Shown here one piece after another: positions 30,210 to 40,565 of a DNA stretch of 64,000 nucleotides. Source of the DNA: a virus. Position 1 is the stretch's first letter; every line of letters starts with the position of its first letter. Position numbers and translations under genes: made by a program. The stretch lies in the IMG/VR virus record IMGVR_UViG_3300030060_008003, positions 27,502 through 91,501 of that record, one strand, 5' to 3'. The notes beneath the pieces are model-generated. The model ran no database searches. It worked only from the letters and a program-made list of their open reading frames with translations, and had not been told where the DNA came from.

Positions 30210-30770
30210 ATGGCAGATAAAAAGTTTGTTAACTTGCATGAATCTTATATGAGAAGATACGAGCGTGGTGGTTTCCTCGTTGGTGATGTTTTTGAGTTTA
30301 ATGATGACTATGAATCAACTGATTGTTATAAAGAACTTCCAAAAGCTACAAAAGATCTTTTAACTAAAATGAAAGATTCCGGTCTTCATATTAGAGTTAC
30401 CGGTATTAAAGATACAGCACCTACTCGTTACCCTGCTAGTTCGCAACAGTCTTCCTTAGATGTAAATTTAAATCTCGCTCTAGATGAGGGCGGCGGGAGA
30501 TACTCACATTATGTTACTGTGCCCGGTTTGCTGGGACACGCTGTGCAATACGCTCCAAACCTTCTACCTATTCCGGATGCTTTAAAGAGAAAAAGCGATG
30601 TTAATATTAAGCCTGAAGAAGCAGAAGAGACGACAGCCCCACAGGCCCCGGAGAACCCAGTAAGAGCATTACCAAAACAGAATACAGTAATTCCAAGTGA
30701 CCCAGCTACACCTTCCCCGGCTGCTACATCGTATACGAATCAGTATCTTGCTGACTTAAAAAAAGCTTAA
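30210..30770 (+). CDS. hypothetical late protein
   Basis: ATG at 30210 follows TAAATA (30199-30204) by 5 nt; the ORF-track start at 30186 looks over-extended. Confidence 0.75.
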   Translation: MADKKFVNLHESYMRRYERGGFLVGDVFEFNDDYESTDCYKELPKATKDLLTKMKDSGLHIRVTGIKDTAPTRYPASSQQSSLDVNLNLALDEGGGRYSHYVTVPGLLGHAVQYAPNLLPIPDALKRKSDVNIKPEEAEETTAPQAPENPVRALPKQNTVIPSDPATPSPAATSYTNQYLADLKKA

Positions 30771-31687
30771 ACCCTTTCTAGGTTAACTAAACAAGCAAAG
30801 GCGTTAATCTCTTTATCTACTACAAACGCACTTTTATAGAGATGATCTGCAATAATAGCAATCATCTCTTTCTTTTTGATATCATCAATATTAGCAGAGT
30901 AGATAAAATTTAGATAGTTACTTAATAAAGTATCATAATCACCTTGAAATCTGTCTTCGTTTTCAATTAGATATCTTCTTGCTTCTAAACATTGCTTAGA
31001 AGCTATTTTTTTGAAAACGGCTTCGAGCAGCTCGTTATCACTAACAACGCTAGTAATACACAACTCTGAATCAATGACGTTCTTCTGTAGCTCGTTGATC
31101 GTTTTCCGTAAATCGGGGAAGTGACGCTTGACAAGTTGGACAAACTTCTTCTTTTGCTCTTCCGGTACTTTAACATTTTCATCTTTAAGAATATTATAAC
31201 ATCTTTTAACTGCTAATTCAACAACAGGTTTAATAGTCAGTGATTGACATCTTGATTGTAGAGCTGGTATAATTTTATGTTTGTAATTTGCAGTAAGGAT
31301 AAACCGACAGTACTTAGCATACGTCTCCATAGTATTACGCAAAGCAGCTTGCGCCTGTGAAGTGAGACCATCAGCCTCATCTAGAATAACGACCTTAACT
31401 CCACCATCAAAAGACTTAGTTTGTGCAAAATTAGTGATATTATGTCGAATAGTATCAATACCAGACTCATCAGAAGCATTAATATAAAGGTAATTACATC
31501 CGAGAATATCGTTAACAATAACTCTAGCAAGGGTGGTCTTACCAGTACCAGGATTACCAACAAAAAGAAGATTAGGTATTTCATTCGTATATTCTTCGAC
31601 AACGCGTAATGTCTCATTATCTAAAATAACATCACTCAGCGTTTGCGGTCGATATTTTTCAACCCAAATTTTATCAAAATCAATCAT
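30767..31687 (-). CDS. gp44: sliding clamp loader ATPase subunit (gp44/RFC-like)
   Basis: WVEKYRPQTL, GNPGTGKT, INASDE, ILDEAD, ALQSRC, PDLR. Confidence 0.93.
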   Translation of the reverse strand: MIDFDKIWVEKYRPQTLSDVILDNETLRVVEEYTNEIPNLLFVGNPGTGKTTLARVIVNDILGCNYLYINASDESGIDTIRHNITNFAQTKSFDGGVKVVILDEADGLTSQAQAALRNTMETYAKYCRFILTANYKHKIIPALQSRCQSLTIKPVVELAVKRCYNILKDENVKVPEEQKKKFVQLVKRHFPDLRKTINELQKNVIDSELCITSVVSDNELLEAVFKKIASKQCLEARRYLIENEDRFQGDYDTLLSNYLNFIYSANIDDIKKKEMIAIIADHLYKSAFVVDKEINAFACLVNLERV

Positions 31688-31689
31688 AA

Positions 31690-32112
31690 TTACTTACCAG
31701 ATGAACCAAAGCCTTTTTCACCTCGAAGAGACTGTTCAATCTCACCTTCAATAACTTCAACATCATGATTATTATAAACTACAAACTGCGCAATTCTATC
31801 ACCAGCTTTGATTTCATAATCTTTATCAGTTAAGTTATACAGCTTGATTCCAGCGCTACCTCTGTAACCACTATCAATAATACCTGGATGAGGTAAAATA
31901 CCATGCTTAAATCCTAAACCTGATCTACCTTCTATTCTCACCCAATAGCCTGGTTGAATATAAGCAAACTTTAGCCCCACGTCAATAACCGCGGACCCTT
32001 TTGCAGGAATAGTCTTATCCTCTACACACGTAACATCCAGTCCCGTGTCGTCCTTATGGTTTTTAGAAGGTAGAACTGCATTCTCAGTAATCTTCTTAAA
32101 TTTCAATATCAT
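31690..32112 (-). CDS. dut: trimeric dUTPase
   Basis: GLD, RSGL, GIIDSGYRG, GDRIAQ, RGEKGFGSSG. Confidence 0.95.
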   Translation of the reverse strand: MILKFKKITENAVLPSKNHKDDTGLDVTCVEDKTIPAKGSAVIDVGLKFAYIQPGYWVRIEGRSGLGFKHGILPHPGIIDSGYRGSAGIKLYNLTDKDYEIKAGDRIAQFVVYNNHDVEVIEGEIEQSLRGEKGFGSSGK

Positions 32113-32168
32113 ATACTTATGATAAGATATATTGTAAAAAATTCAAGTATAGATTAAATATACGTGTA

Positions 32169-32612
32169 ATGGCTGAAGAAGAGCTAGATGAAGCAGTTAA
32201 CGATATTATTGCTCAAATAAAAGGTAATAACAATACTGTACGTGAAAAAAAGCAAGATGTAACTATCGATAAAGATAATCTTGAAGAGTTTATTATGAAG
32301 TCTTCCGGTAAACTGGTTGCTAAATCACTTGAAATTGTTGATAACGTTAATGATTACATTTCATCGGCTCCAGAAAATAGAGATGTTGCTGCATTAGCAG
32401 AAGTTATAAAAGCAACAGCCGGTTCAATTGATACACTTCAAAAACTTCATAGTTCAAATGAGAGAAATGAAACACAAAAAGAAGTAAAACGTATGGATGT
32501 CGAATCGAAGGAGAGATTAAACATTGCTGATAATCAAACTAAAATGCTATTATCTAGAGACGATATAATGAAAGCTTTAGTTGAAAAGGATGATGACGTT
32601 ATTGATGTTTAA
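32169..32612 (+). CDS. probable terminase small subunit (gp16-like)
   Basis: size, helical pattern R-DVAALAEVIKA...TLQKL and C-terminal SRDDIMKAL resemble T4-like gp16; late promoter. Confidence 0.5.
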   Translation: MAEEELDEAVNDIIAQIKGNNNTVREKKQDVTIDKDNLEEFIMKSSGKLVAKSLEIVDNVNDYISSAPENRDVAALAEVIKATAGSIDTLQKLHSSNERNETQKEVKRMDVESKERLNIADNQTKMLLSRDDIMKALVEKDDDVIDV

Positions 32613-33934
32613 AACTTAAGGTTATCGCAATTATCCTCGCTCGCACAAATATCTTTTTCTTTAGTTTGAGTTAGATAGTCTTCAAACTCTTTCATTGTTG
32701 GGAATGGCATCCATACTGTCTCACCTGTACTTGTCGGGTGAGAGTGCGAACCAGACAGAGCACCGTTAGTTAATTCAAGCGTCTTATTTGAAGCACTTTG
32801 TGGACTTGTAAAAGTTGTAACGTTTAACACGCCTGGAAAAGTACCAAGTCTATTGATAGCTGTTTGCTCAGGTGTAAATTGAGTTCCTCCTATGTTTGGA
32901 TTTTCGCGAGGTCTACCACCACCACTTCTAGCAGCACCTTGACCAGCTACAGTATATAAATCAAAAGAACCACTACTGGTGGAGAGTGTAAGTCCGAAGT
33001 TTGGTACCGATGGTCCGCAGCAACAGCTGCAACATACTTCAACACACTCTTCATCAATATATTCATTTCCTTGCTCATCAAAAACCTTCTTTAAAATTAA
33101 AAATGACTTACATACTTGCCCGTTCTCTGTTTTTGAGATATTTTGCTCAGGGTCAAAAAAGTTTATATTTCTCTTATATTCGAATAATCTAAATGCATCT
33201 AACCCCAGGTAGTCCTCAATTATTCCAATAATAGTGTTAGCAATACTGCGTAAGATATTACTAAAATTGATATCCTTTAACATAAGGTTACCTACAGCAA
33301 TTGTTGATGCCGTATACCTACCTAGATATTCTGTGTTAACGCGTTCAGCAGGGCGTTTATCGATATACGGGAGCGTGTTATCACTATAAACAGCACTCTC
33401 TGTATTGTATTGAATAACTTGCGCGCAAGTTCTTTGACAGTTACTAAGATTTCTGCGAATAAATGCTGGAGTCTTTTTAACTAGATTTAATGATATGTCG
33501 TTTGATTCGCCATAATAAATTGCTGTACCGGCATTTTGCTGAGCTGTATTCGCAAGACACCCTAATATATCGGGCGATGGAAAAAAGCAGTTCTGTACTC
33601 TTCCTCTACCTCTATAAGGATTTTGCGCATATATAGCTACTTGGTTAGTAAACGGACCATTATATAGTTGTCTTATATAATATAGAGCAGCTTGTTCATC
33701 TATTTCAGGGTTACCCTTTATGAGGTCGTCAACAAAAACCTGTAGTTGGTTAAATCCTAGCTGATATACCTTTTTAAACGACTCACAAAGCTCTTTGTCT
33801 TTATTTGTAAATGTATAACCTAATATTGGACCTTTACTTTGATCCTTACAATCTGTCTCTATAACAGATACAAACTGATCTTTAGTTAATTCTAAAGCTC
33901 TTAACGTTTCTACACTTTTATTACATATCGCCAT
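32609..33934 (-). CDS. hypothetical protein with a Cys cluster
   Basis: 441-aa ORF directly after the hub gene; ECVEVCCSCCCG. Confidence 0.7.
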   Translation of the reverse strand: MAICNKSVETLRALELTKDQFVSVIETDCKDQSKGPILGYTFTNKDKELCESFKKVYQLGFNQLQVFVDDLIKGNPEIDEQAALYYIRQLYNGPFTNQVAIYAQNPYRGRGRVQNCFFPSPDILGCLANTAQQNAGTAIYYGESNDISLNLVKKTPAFIRRNLSNCQRTCAQVIQYNTESAVYSDNTLPYIDKRPAERVNTEYLGRYTASTIAVGNLMLKDINFSNILRSIANTIIGIIEDYLGLDAFRLFEYKRNINFFDPEQNISKTENGQVCKSFLILKKVFDEQGNEYIDEECVEVCCSCCCGPSVPNFGLTLSTSSGSFDLYTVAGQGAARSGGGRPRENPNIGGTQFTPEQTAINRLGTFPGVLNVTTFTSPQSASNKTLELTNGALSGSHSHPTSTGETVWMPFPTMKEFEDYLTQTKEKDICASEDNCDNLKF

Positions 33935-35323
33935 TTAACTTACATCTTTAACTTTCATTCCAGGTCCCGTACATGTCTTGATACACGACATTACGTTATA
34001 GTACTTATCCTTATTGAATAGATGTCTCACTTTAGTAACAAACCATCTACCTAATAACTTTTTATCTACAATCTCTTCTTCTTTATTTCTTTTAAATACA
34101 TCTATAAACTTACCAGGCTTTCTCGCCGTATCACCAATATTATCGATAGCTAGTTGAAGATTAAAAAATGTTAAGTTAGATACCATTTGAGCTTTAGCAA
34201 TATGCTTAACATGCTCTTTCTTGTATGGTAGAATAAAGGGTTTAAATATCTCACTTTTTGACTGGTTTAAAGGTAAGAAGGGCTCAGGCTTACCACCGAC
34301 ATATTTAAAAACATCAACAAATGATTTTGTCCATGCTTCCTTCACGTCTTTAATTGTCATTAGCTTTTTAACTTCTATCCCTAACTCTCTATCAGTTGTA
34401 GCAATAGAATAATTAGTAAAAAATTCATTACTGTATGTTACCATAGGTGTAGTAAAGTTTGTACTCTTTAACGCGTTAGTGTATTCATTAGTAGGAATCT
34501 TTTCGTCAATTGGGTTATCTGGTGAATCACCAATATTTTGCATATTAGTTAAGTCACCTACACCAAAAGTCTCCTGCGTTAATTTAGAGTTTTCACCAAA
34601 TATTTTACTAATAGGTCGTAATTGATATTTTTTCTTTACTCTATCAAATGTAAGAAAGCCCTGACATGATAGATCACCATCAATAAAGTAATATATTCTA
34701 AGTAAATATTTTATTAAATCAGAATATCTAAATGATATAGGTGGTATAATATACTCTGGAAAATTATCTATAACCATATCACCTGGCTCCCAGTTTTCTT
34801 CATCAATGCAACCTGGCCCAATAACCTCTTCCAAAATTTCTTGAATTATATCACCAATAGCGACAGCAGGGCCTCCTCTACCACCGCCACCATACCTCTT
34901 TCCATAGGGAATTTTTTCATTTAACTTAAAATAATTTTCTTCTATTAACGTATATGTCTTAAAATTATTTGATCGGTCTGTTTTTGAGACACTATTGCTT
35001 TCATTAGCTATAACAAAGTCATATTCTAGTTTTATTTCATCTTTTGGTCTTGTATCTAAGTTATTAAAAAGTGTAATTTTAAACTTATCTCTACCATCAC
35101 CTCTTGTGAATACCGTGTTTTCAATAAAATCAAATGGGTTGTTAACAGTCACGCTTGCACTAGCAAACGGCTCAAAAAAGTTTTCTTCTAGCTCAAATGT
35201 AACAACTGCAGATTTTGTAAAGTTGATTTCAGCCGGACCACTCCCAGCACCCGGTCCAGTGAGATTAAACTTACAGAAAAACTCACTACCGTTAATTGGA
35301 TAGATGTCTTTACCTGGCTTCAT
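33935..35323 (-). CDS. probable baseplate hub protein (gp27-like/late control D-like)
   Basis: position; C-terminal GDTARKPGKFI...GRWFVTKVRHLF. Confidence 0.6.
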   Translation of the reverse strand: MKPGKDIYPINGSEFFCKFNLTGPGAGSGPAEINFTKSAVVTFELEENFFEPFASASVTVNNPFDFIENTVFTRGDGRDKFKITLFNNLDTRPKDEIKLEYDFVIANESNSVSKTDRSNNFKTYTLIEENYFKLNEKIPYGKRYGGGGRGGPAVAIGDIIQEILEEVIGPGCIDEENWEPGDMVIDNFPEYIIPPISFRYSDLIKYLLRIYYFIDGDLSCQGFLTFDRVKKKYQLRPISKIFGENSKLTQETFGVGDLTNMQNIGDSPDNPIDEKIPTNEYTNALKSTNFTTPMVTYSNEFFTNYSIATTDRELGIEVKKLMTIKDVKEAWTKSFVDVFKYVGGKPEPFLPLNQSKSEIFKPFILPYKKEHVKHIAKAQMVSNLTFFNLQLAIDNIGDTARKPGKFIDVFKRNKEEEIVDKKLLGRWFVTKVRHLFNKDKYYNVMSCIKTCTGPGMKVKDVS

Positions 35324-35730
35324 TAGAAGTGTCTGTTACTAAAGGCAGTTGTCTCGGTAATCTGTTGATAGATTAAACCCCTTTCATTTTTCTTAATATA
35401 CTTTAGCTGCATGCCTCCTTCAGCGTAAAATAAATTATTAAGAAGAGGCTTGTTTAGTAAATATATAATCCACCAACTATCAATATCACCGTATATATTA
35501 TGCGACGTAGTAGTTAAAGGTTCACGTGATTTAACTATATAAGTTTCAAGTAATTCAGGATCTATATTATTAGGAAATTCTATCTTATTGAGAATATTAT
35601 AAAAATAAAACTGCTTATTACTCTTCCCTTCTGTGTATATACGAAATATTCTCTCGTAACGAGTTAATGGAAGCCTATCAAGCGCTTCGATATCGTTTTG
35701 GTATTTTCCTGTTGTGCCTGTTAAACTCAT
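35323..35730 (-). CDS. gp53: baseplate wedge protein gp53-like (LysM-like)
   Basis: SHNIYGDIDSWWIIYLLN motif; ATG at 35730 abuts the upstream stop. Confidence 0.7.
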   Translation of the reverse strand: MSLTGTTGKYQNDIEALDRLPLTRYERIFRIYTEGKSNKQFYFYNILNKIEFPNNIDPELLETYIVKSREPLTTTSHNIYGDIDSWWIIYLLNKPLLNNLFYAEGGMQLKYIKKNERGLIYQQITETTAFSNRHF

Positions 35731-35731
35731 T

Positions 35732-36871
35732 TTATTCATTTGTTGTTGCTTGCCCTGTTGATCTTCTAGCAGCATTCAACTGAGCATCCGCTGCATCCGC
35801 CGCTAAATTAGTGGCCAGCTGGGCAAATTGGCTAAATGAGCCCCCCGTTCTCGCAGCCTGTGTTCTCAGTAGCCCGAGAGCTTCTGCACGTTTATATTCA
35901 TATTCTGCTGGATTCTGTCCTGGTGTCTTCACCATCTTCATAAAGTTAGCTGGCTCGATTGTGAGCGATGTAAAGGTTAGATTTACTATATAGGCTTCCG
36001 GGACAATAGATCCACCTATTCTTCTTCTTTGACCTTGCATTGAAATACTAAAGTTATCTAATGAAGCCCATTCTATATATCTCAAACCAGGTACTTCAAT
36101 ATGATAGATTGCTGGGAAGGTCATACCGAGAGGGCCTTCACGTGTAGGTCTGTTTATCATAGTAAATTCCTTTATAAACTCAGCATTTTTAACTATCGCG
36201 TCATCATTAAGAGTATTAGATAAAGCAAAAGATAATTGTAACCCTTGATCAGTATTACCATACTGATAAAATTTAGGTGTTTCAATATAACTACCAGGGT
36301 CACCGATTGTTTTCGTACCTGCCATGCTACCTTGCATTGTCCTAGCCCCTGCGCCGATCTGATCTATTATTCCTTTAAAGCCTTCCGCACTAGCGCCGCC
36401 TCCGCCGCTTTCACCCATAGACTTTACGCCATCTACTAAGCTGCTGGTAACCGATAGCAGACCCTTACCTAACGCTACACCGCCACCAATAAGCTTTTCA
36501 CCAGCGCCTGCTAAGTTTTCAATTACCTCTGCTCCTATCATTTGTGCACCTCTCTGACTTATCGAGGAAAAAGAGTCAGCATACTCGTTGGTAAATGCTC
36601 TATAATCATCAGTAAAGAAAGGAAAGAAATAAGTACCAAGTTGTTTACCACCCTGGTAAAGACCTCTATAAAATGCAATACCGTCATCAATTCCACTGTT
36701 CTCTTCAGATGCTGGTCTTACAGTATTTAGATAACCATTAACAAATTGTTGAAGCTGGTTAGAATCGAGATTATGTGCCGTACATATAGCTTGTGGAGCC
36801 TCTTCCCTCAAAGGTGAGTTTCTGGGAACTGAGGTCCAGTCATAATTTCTAACTATGTCCGTATCGGCCAT
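35732..36871 (-). CDS. baseplate/tail-tube junction protein candidate (gp48-like)
   Basis: position between the tape measure and gp53-like genes; late promoter. Confidence 0.45.
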   Translation of the reverse strand: MADTDIVRNYDWTSVPRNSPLREEAPQAICTAHNLDSNQLQQFVNGYLNTVRPASEENSGIDDGIAFYRGLYQGGKQLGTYFFPFFTDDYRAFTNEYADSFSSISQRGAQMIGAEVIENLAGAGEKLIGGGVALGKGLLSVTSSLVDGVKSMGESGGGGASAEGFKGIIDQIGAGARTMQGSMAGTKTIGDPGSYIETPKFYQYGNTDQGLQLSFALSNTLNDDAIVKNAEFIKEFTMINRPTREGPLGMTFPAIYHIEVPGLRYIEWASLDNFSISMQGQRRRIGGSIVPEAYIVNLTFTSLTIEPANFMKMVKTPGQNPAEYEYKRAEALGLLRTQAARTGGSFSQFAQLATNLAADAADAQLNAARRSTGQATTNE

Positions 36872-36879
36872 AATAATAT

Positions 36880-38997
36880 TTATGTAAGCGTACCTGGGGT
36901 ATGCATACTATAAGGTGAATTATAAAATTCTACTCTACTATCACCCATTTGTGGGCCAGATGGATCTCCTTGCGTTCCAGCAATAGAATTACTAGGCGGT
37001 GATACACTTACTACGTTACCACCACCGGTTCCACCTGCTGGTTTTTTAACTAATGCCTGTGTAAGTTGTACTAGTTGCGCTAAGTACGTATTAGATACTC
37101 CTATGGCTTTTAATTGAAGACTTGCTATTCTTCCAGACTGTTCACCTTCATTACCTTCAGCTGATAAAAACGGATCACTTAATATTTGATTTACAGTTGT
37201 ATATTGCTTTGGTTGTTCTGAACGACTCGTTAAGCTCTTTAATGCGTCTTGAGTTTTACCAAATAGGCTCTTTACAGTTTTACTGGTATTGCCTAATAAT
37301 TTATCAACAATACTTTCTGATCTTCCAACCATTTCCCCTATAGGACCACCACGTTTCATTCCCATTACAATATCACTCCGGCTAAATGAAACAGGACGTT
37401 TAGCTCCAGGTCTCCAAATAAAGTCATTAAATTCTGGATCTTTTTGATACTCAGGGTTCTTTTTCTTCAAATTAGCCTTTGCCTCTTCATCTCCACCTGC
37501 AGCAGCCTGAATTGCTTGTGTTCTATTTTCTGTTAAACCAGGGAAGAATGACATCATCATACGTCCTAGCGGTCTAGCTCCAAAATGATCTGCTAACATT
37601 CCCCCTATTTTTCTACCAACCCAATCACCGGCCATAAACCCTAAGAAGGTACCGACCGGTCCTAATCCTAATGGTGGAGGACCAGATAACGCCGCTCCTA
37701 ACGCTGCACCCAACACTACACCACCCAAACCTTCTGCAACACGCTTACCTATATTTTGCTCTAACTCTTCCATTGATGATTCCGGGTCCTTAGAAAATTT
37801 ATTAATATCATAAGCAGCAAAAGCACCTTCAATAGCTGCACCAATAAAAGGTATTCTCTTTAAAACACCCCGTAATGCTTTACTACCACCGCCCTTAAGC
37901 ATATAATTTTTTGCTCCATCCCAGGCCATTTTTAACGGCTTACCTACTAATTCAACTCCTTTCTTAGCTACATTGTAAACAGCGCCCCCCGCTGTTTTCA
38001 CACCTTGGTATGCGGCTTGTCCTCCTTTTACAGCCACATCTTTAACTGTTTTTAGTGCTGTTCCAGTTTTTTGGATTGCTTTACTTCCAAAATCCACAGC
38101 TGCATCTTTACCTGCTTTTAGTGCTGCTCCAGTTTTTTGGATTGCTTTACCTCCAAAATCTTTAGCTGCTTGGTATCCTCCTTTGAGCTTATTACCCAGC
38201 CAGCTCAAAGCCCCTCCTCCTTTTTCAGCAACTTTCTCACCGACACTTTTCACAGCGCCTTTCCCGGCTTCAAACGCAGACCTAGTAGCATTACCAATAC
38301 TTGATAAAGCGCCTGTTAAAGCGCTTTTTGCAGAGCTTAACATACCTTTTGCAGCATTAACTCCACTGCTCATAGCACCGGTGAACCCTTTCCAAAACCC
38401 TGATCCTTTAAACCCTTGCCATAACCCACTAAAGAAATTTCCTACTTTACTAAAACCAGCTTTAATTGCTCCCCATGCGGCTGAGCCCACACCTTTAAGA
38501 GCGCCCCATATTTTACCACCAGCCCATTTTACACCTTTCCATATCCACCCACCAAGCATCCTCATTAACCCTCTTCGACCGGCAAACCCACCAATACCTA
38601 GTATGCCAAGCATGCCTGATATCCAATCTAGAAGACCCTGACCATCTTTTTCACCTTCTTCCGCCGTTAATCGATCATCACCGCTCTTTTTAACTTGGTC
38701 TTTTTTTCTCTTTATAACTGTATCAGGCTTGTCATCCTTGTCATACTTACTCTTTTCCAGAAACCATTGTTTAAAAACAATACTCATCTTATTTTTAAGA
38801 CGAGACTTTTCAGGAGAAGTTAAATTAGCTTTTACTTTTGGTCCCTTTTTAACACCGTATAAAGATGAATTGGTAACATTTTTACCGATGCTGTCAATAG
38901 CATCATAGTCACCTGCTGCTTGAGCCTCTGACTCCTGCATAGCAGCCAGTTTCTCTGTCGCATCAGTTAAAGCAATTATATCATCAGGTCCTGCCAC
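36880..38997 (-). CDS. tape-measure-like protein
   Basis: G/A/K-rich amphipathic 11/22-aa repeats (DFGxKAIQKTGxALK twice), hydrophobic GxxxG stretch; GTG start after TAAATA. Confidence 0.65.
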   Translation of the reverse strand: MAGPDDIIALTDATEKLAAMQESEAQAAGDYDAIDSIGKNVTNSSLYGVKKGPKVKANLTSPEKSRLKNKMSIVFKQWFLEKSKYDKDDKPDTVIKRKKDQVKKSGDDRLTAEEGEKDGQGLLDWISGMLGILGIGGFAGRRGLMRMLGGWIWKGVKWAGGKIWGALKGVGSAAWGAIKAGFSKVGNFFSGLWQGFKGSGFWKGFTGAMSSGVNAAKGMLSSAKSALTGALSSIGNATRSAFEAGKGAVKSVGEKVAEKGGGALSWLGNKLKGGYQAAKDFGGKAIQKTGAALKAGKDAAVDFGSKAIQKTGTALKTVKDVAVKGGQAAYQGVKTAGGAVYNVAKKGVELVGKPLKMAWDGAKNYMLKGGGSKALRGVLKRIPFIGAAIEGAFAAYDINKFSKDPESSMEELEQNIGKRVAEGLGGVVLGAALGAALSGPPPLGLGPVGTFLGFMAGDWVGRKIGGMLADHFGARPLGRMMMSFFPGLTENRTQAIQAAAGGDEEAKANLKKKNPEYQKDPEFNDFIWRPGAKRPVSFSRSDIVMGMKRGGPIGEMVGRSESIVDKLLGNTSKTVKSLFGKTQDALKSLTSRSEQPKQYTTVNQILSDPFLSAEGNEGEQSGRIASLQLKAIGVSNTYLAQLVQLTQALVKKPAGGTGGGNVVSVSPPSNSIAGTQGDPSGPQMGDSRVEFYNSPYSMHTPGTLT

Positions 38998-39005
38998 CTA
39001 AATAT

Positions 39006-39734
39006 TTAATCGCTCCCTGAAGTATCGAAGAATTCGGCATCAATTGCTAACTCTGTCTCATCAACTGTAAGTATATCAGTATTATACTTATTAATAGTTT
39101 CAATAAAATCTGAAATTTTAGAATAGACGCTGAGAGGAAGTTTTTCAACAAGCTTTACACGCTCGTGAATTCGTATATCGTCTAAATCGATTACATCATC
39201 ATCAACCTGGATTGTATTGATATGCTTGAGTATCTCATAAATGTACAATTTTCCAATACCTTCTTTAAGTAACTCTTGCTCAGTATTAATTTCCTGCTCA
39301 CACTTATTAAGTAGCATGTTTTCCTCTCGTAAAGTAGGTATCTTAAGTGTCAGTTTTAAAGTATCCTGCTTAATAGTTGATTCATTTTTAACGTTTAGTG
39401 GAATATTTTTAATGTTGTTGAGAACACCCTGTAGTTCAATCTTACCTACTTTATTACCTAGAGCATGCTTTCTTAATGCAACAATAAAAGGAAGCTTATC
39501 ATATATCTTTAAATCTGATAACCCAGAGTTTTCAATGATAATTTTATTAAGTGTTCTGTTAAAATCTAATGTACCTTTAAGACCGTCAAGTGCAGAAGAG
39601 ATTAAATCTTTTTGTTGCTTTAAGTTTAAAGGCTTTGTAGGTACCTTCTTTTTTAACGATGGTACAAAAACTTCAATAGTTACGTCATTAAGTTTATCTA
39701 ATTTATTTAAAAAGGACGAGACATTTTTACTCAT
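39006..39734 (-). CDS. baseplate hub assembly protein, gp26-like
   Basis: FVPSLKKKV..KPLNLKQQKDL; LKIPTL; position. Confidence 0.6.
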   Translation of the reverse strand: MSKNVSSFLNKLDKLNDVTIEVFVPSLKKKVPTKPLNLKQQKDLISSALDGLKGTLDFNRTLNKIIIENSGLSDLKIYDKLPFIVALRKHALGNKVGKIELQGVLNNIKNIPLNVKNESTIKQDTLKLTLKIPTLREENMLLNKCEQEINTEQELLKEGIGKLYIYEILKHINTIQVDDDVIDLDDIRIHERVKLVEKLPLSVYSKISDFIETINKYNTDILTVDETELAIDAEFFDTSGSD

Positions 39735-39742
39735 ACATATAT

Positions 39743-40537
39743 TTAGCTAGCACTTTGATTTTGCAAGTCTTGGTTTTGTTTCTCGACCTCATCTTGATAT
39801 AATTTATAGTAATCAAAAAGTTCAAGATATGTACAGTTTGTAAGAAATAGTACATCCGGAATCCTTTTGCTTAAGACGAATAACATTTCCCTATAGTCTG
39901 TATCACCTATACAGTCAAATAATTTGACGATAAAAGCAGCAAGAGACCCATCTAACATGTTAAGTTTGATTTCATCTATCTCCATACTCTCTTTACCGTT
40001 ATAGACAATCATACTAAAATGCGGTGCATTACTTTTTACAAACTTTTCAATATAGTTAAAGATAGTGTCAGGTAACCTACCGACAACATTTGTATAGTCT
40101 TCTTCAGATAATGAAGACAATATTATCTTTTCATTATCAATTTCCAAACTCTCAATAAGTGAAAAAATAAAATCAGTATCACCAACATAAAACCTTGAGG
40201 GGTAGTTTAGAACGCATTTAATTCCCTCAACATCTATTTCCTGTCTTATATCATCAAAGGAGCCAATATTTTTTCTAAAGAGTTGTAAGTCAATATTGAC
40301 ATTACCTTTTTTAGATCCGACAGCAACTTGTTCACCAATACATTTTTCTCTTAAAATAAACAATGTAAATAATTTTTCTACTACATTTAGACCTTTTGTT
40401 ACAATAAATGATTCCAGAAATTTAATTATATTAGAGCGAGAAGAGTCATTATACAAAGCCATCTTTCGTAGATCCTTGTATAATATTTCTTTTACTACAA
40501 CTTCCTTTTTATTAGGAAGGGTAAAGGAGAGATCCAT
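39743..40537 (-). CDS. baseplate hub assembly protein (gp26/gp51-like paralog)
   Basis: LREKCIGE...LNYP motifs; ATG at 40537 avoids overlap with the upstream gene. Confidence 0.5.
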   Translation of the reverse strand: MDLSFTLPNKKEVVVKEILYKDLRKMALYNDSSRSNIIKFLESFIVTKGLNVVEKLFTLFILREKCIGEQVAVGSKKGNVNIDLQLFRKNIGSFDDIRQEIDVEGIKCVLNYPSRFYVGDTDFIFSLIESLEIDNEKIILSSLSEEDYTNVVGRLPDTIFNYIEKFVKSNAPHFSMIVYNGKESMEIDEIKLNMLDGSLAAFIVKLFDCIGDTDYREMLFVLSKRIPDVLFLTNCTYLELFDYYKLYQDEVEKQNQDLQNQSAS

Positions 40538-40565
40538 ATTATTAATTATAGCGCAAAATAAATTG

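Noticed and set aside
38183-39750. Plus-strand 152-aa and 169-aa ORFs
   Set aside because: Fully antisense to the tape-measure-like and gp26-like genes; no recognisable motifs or promoters
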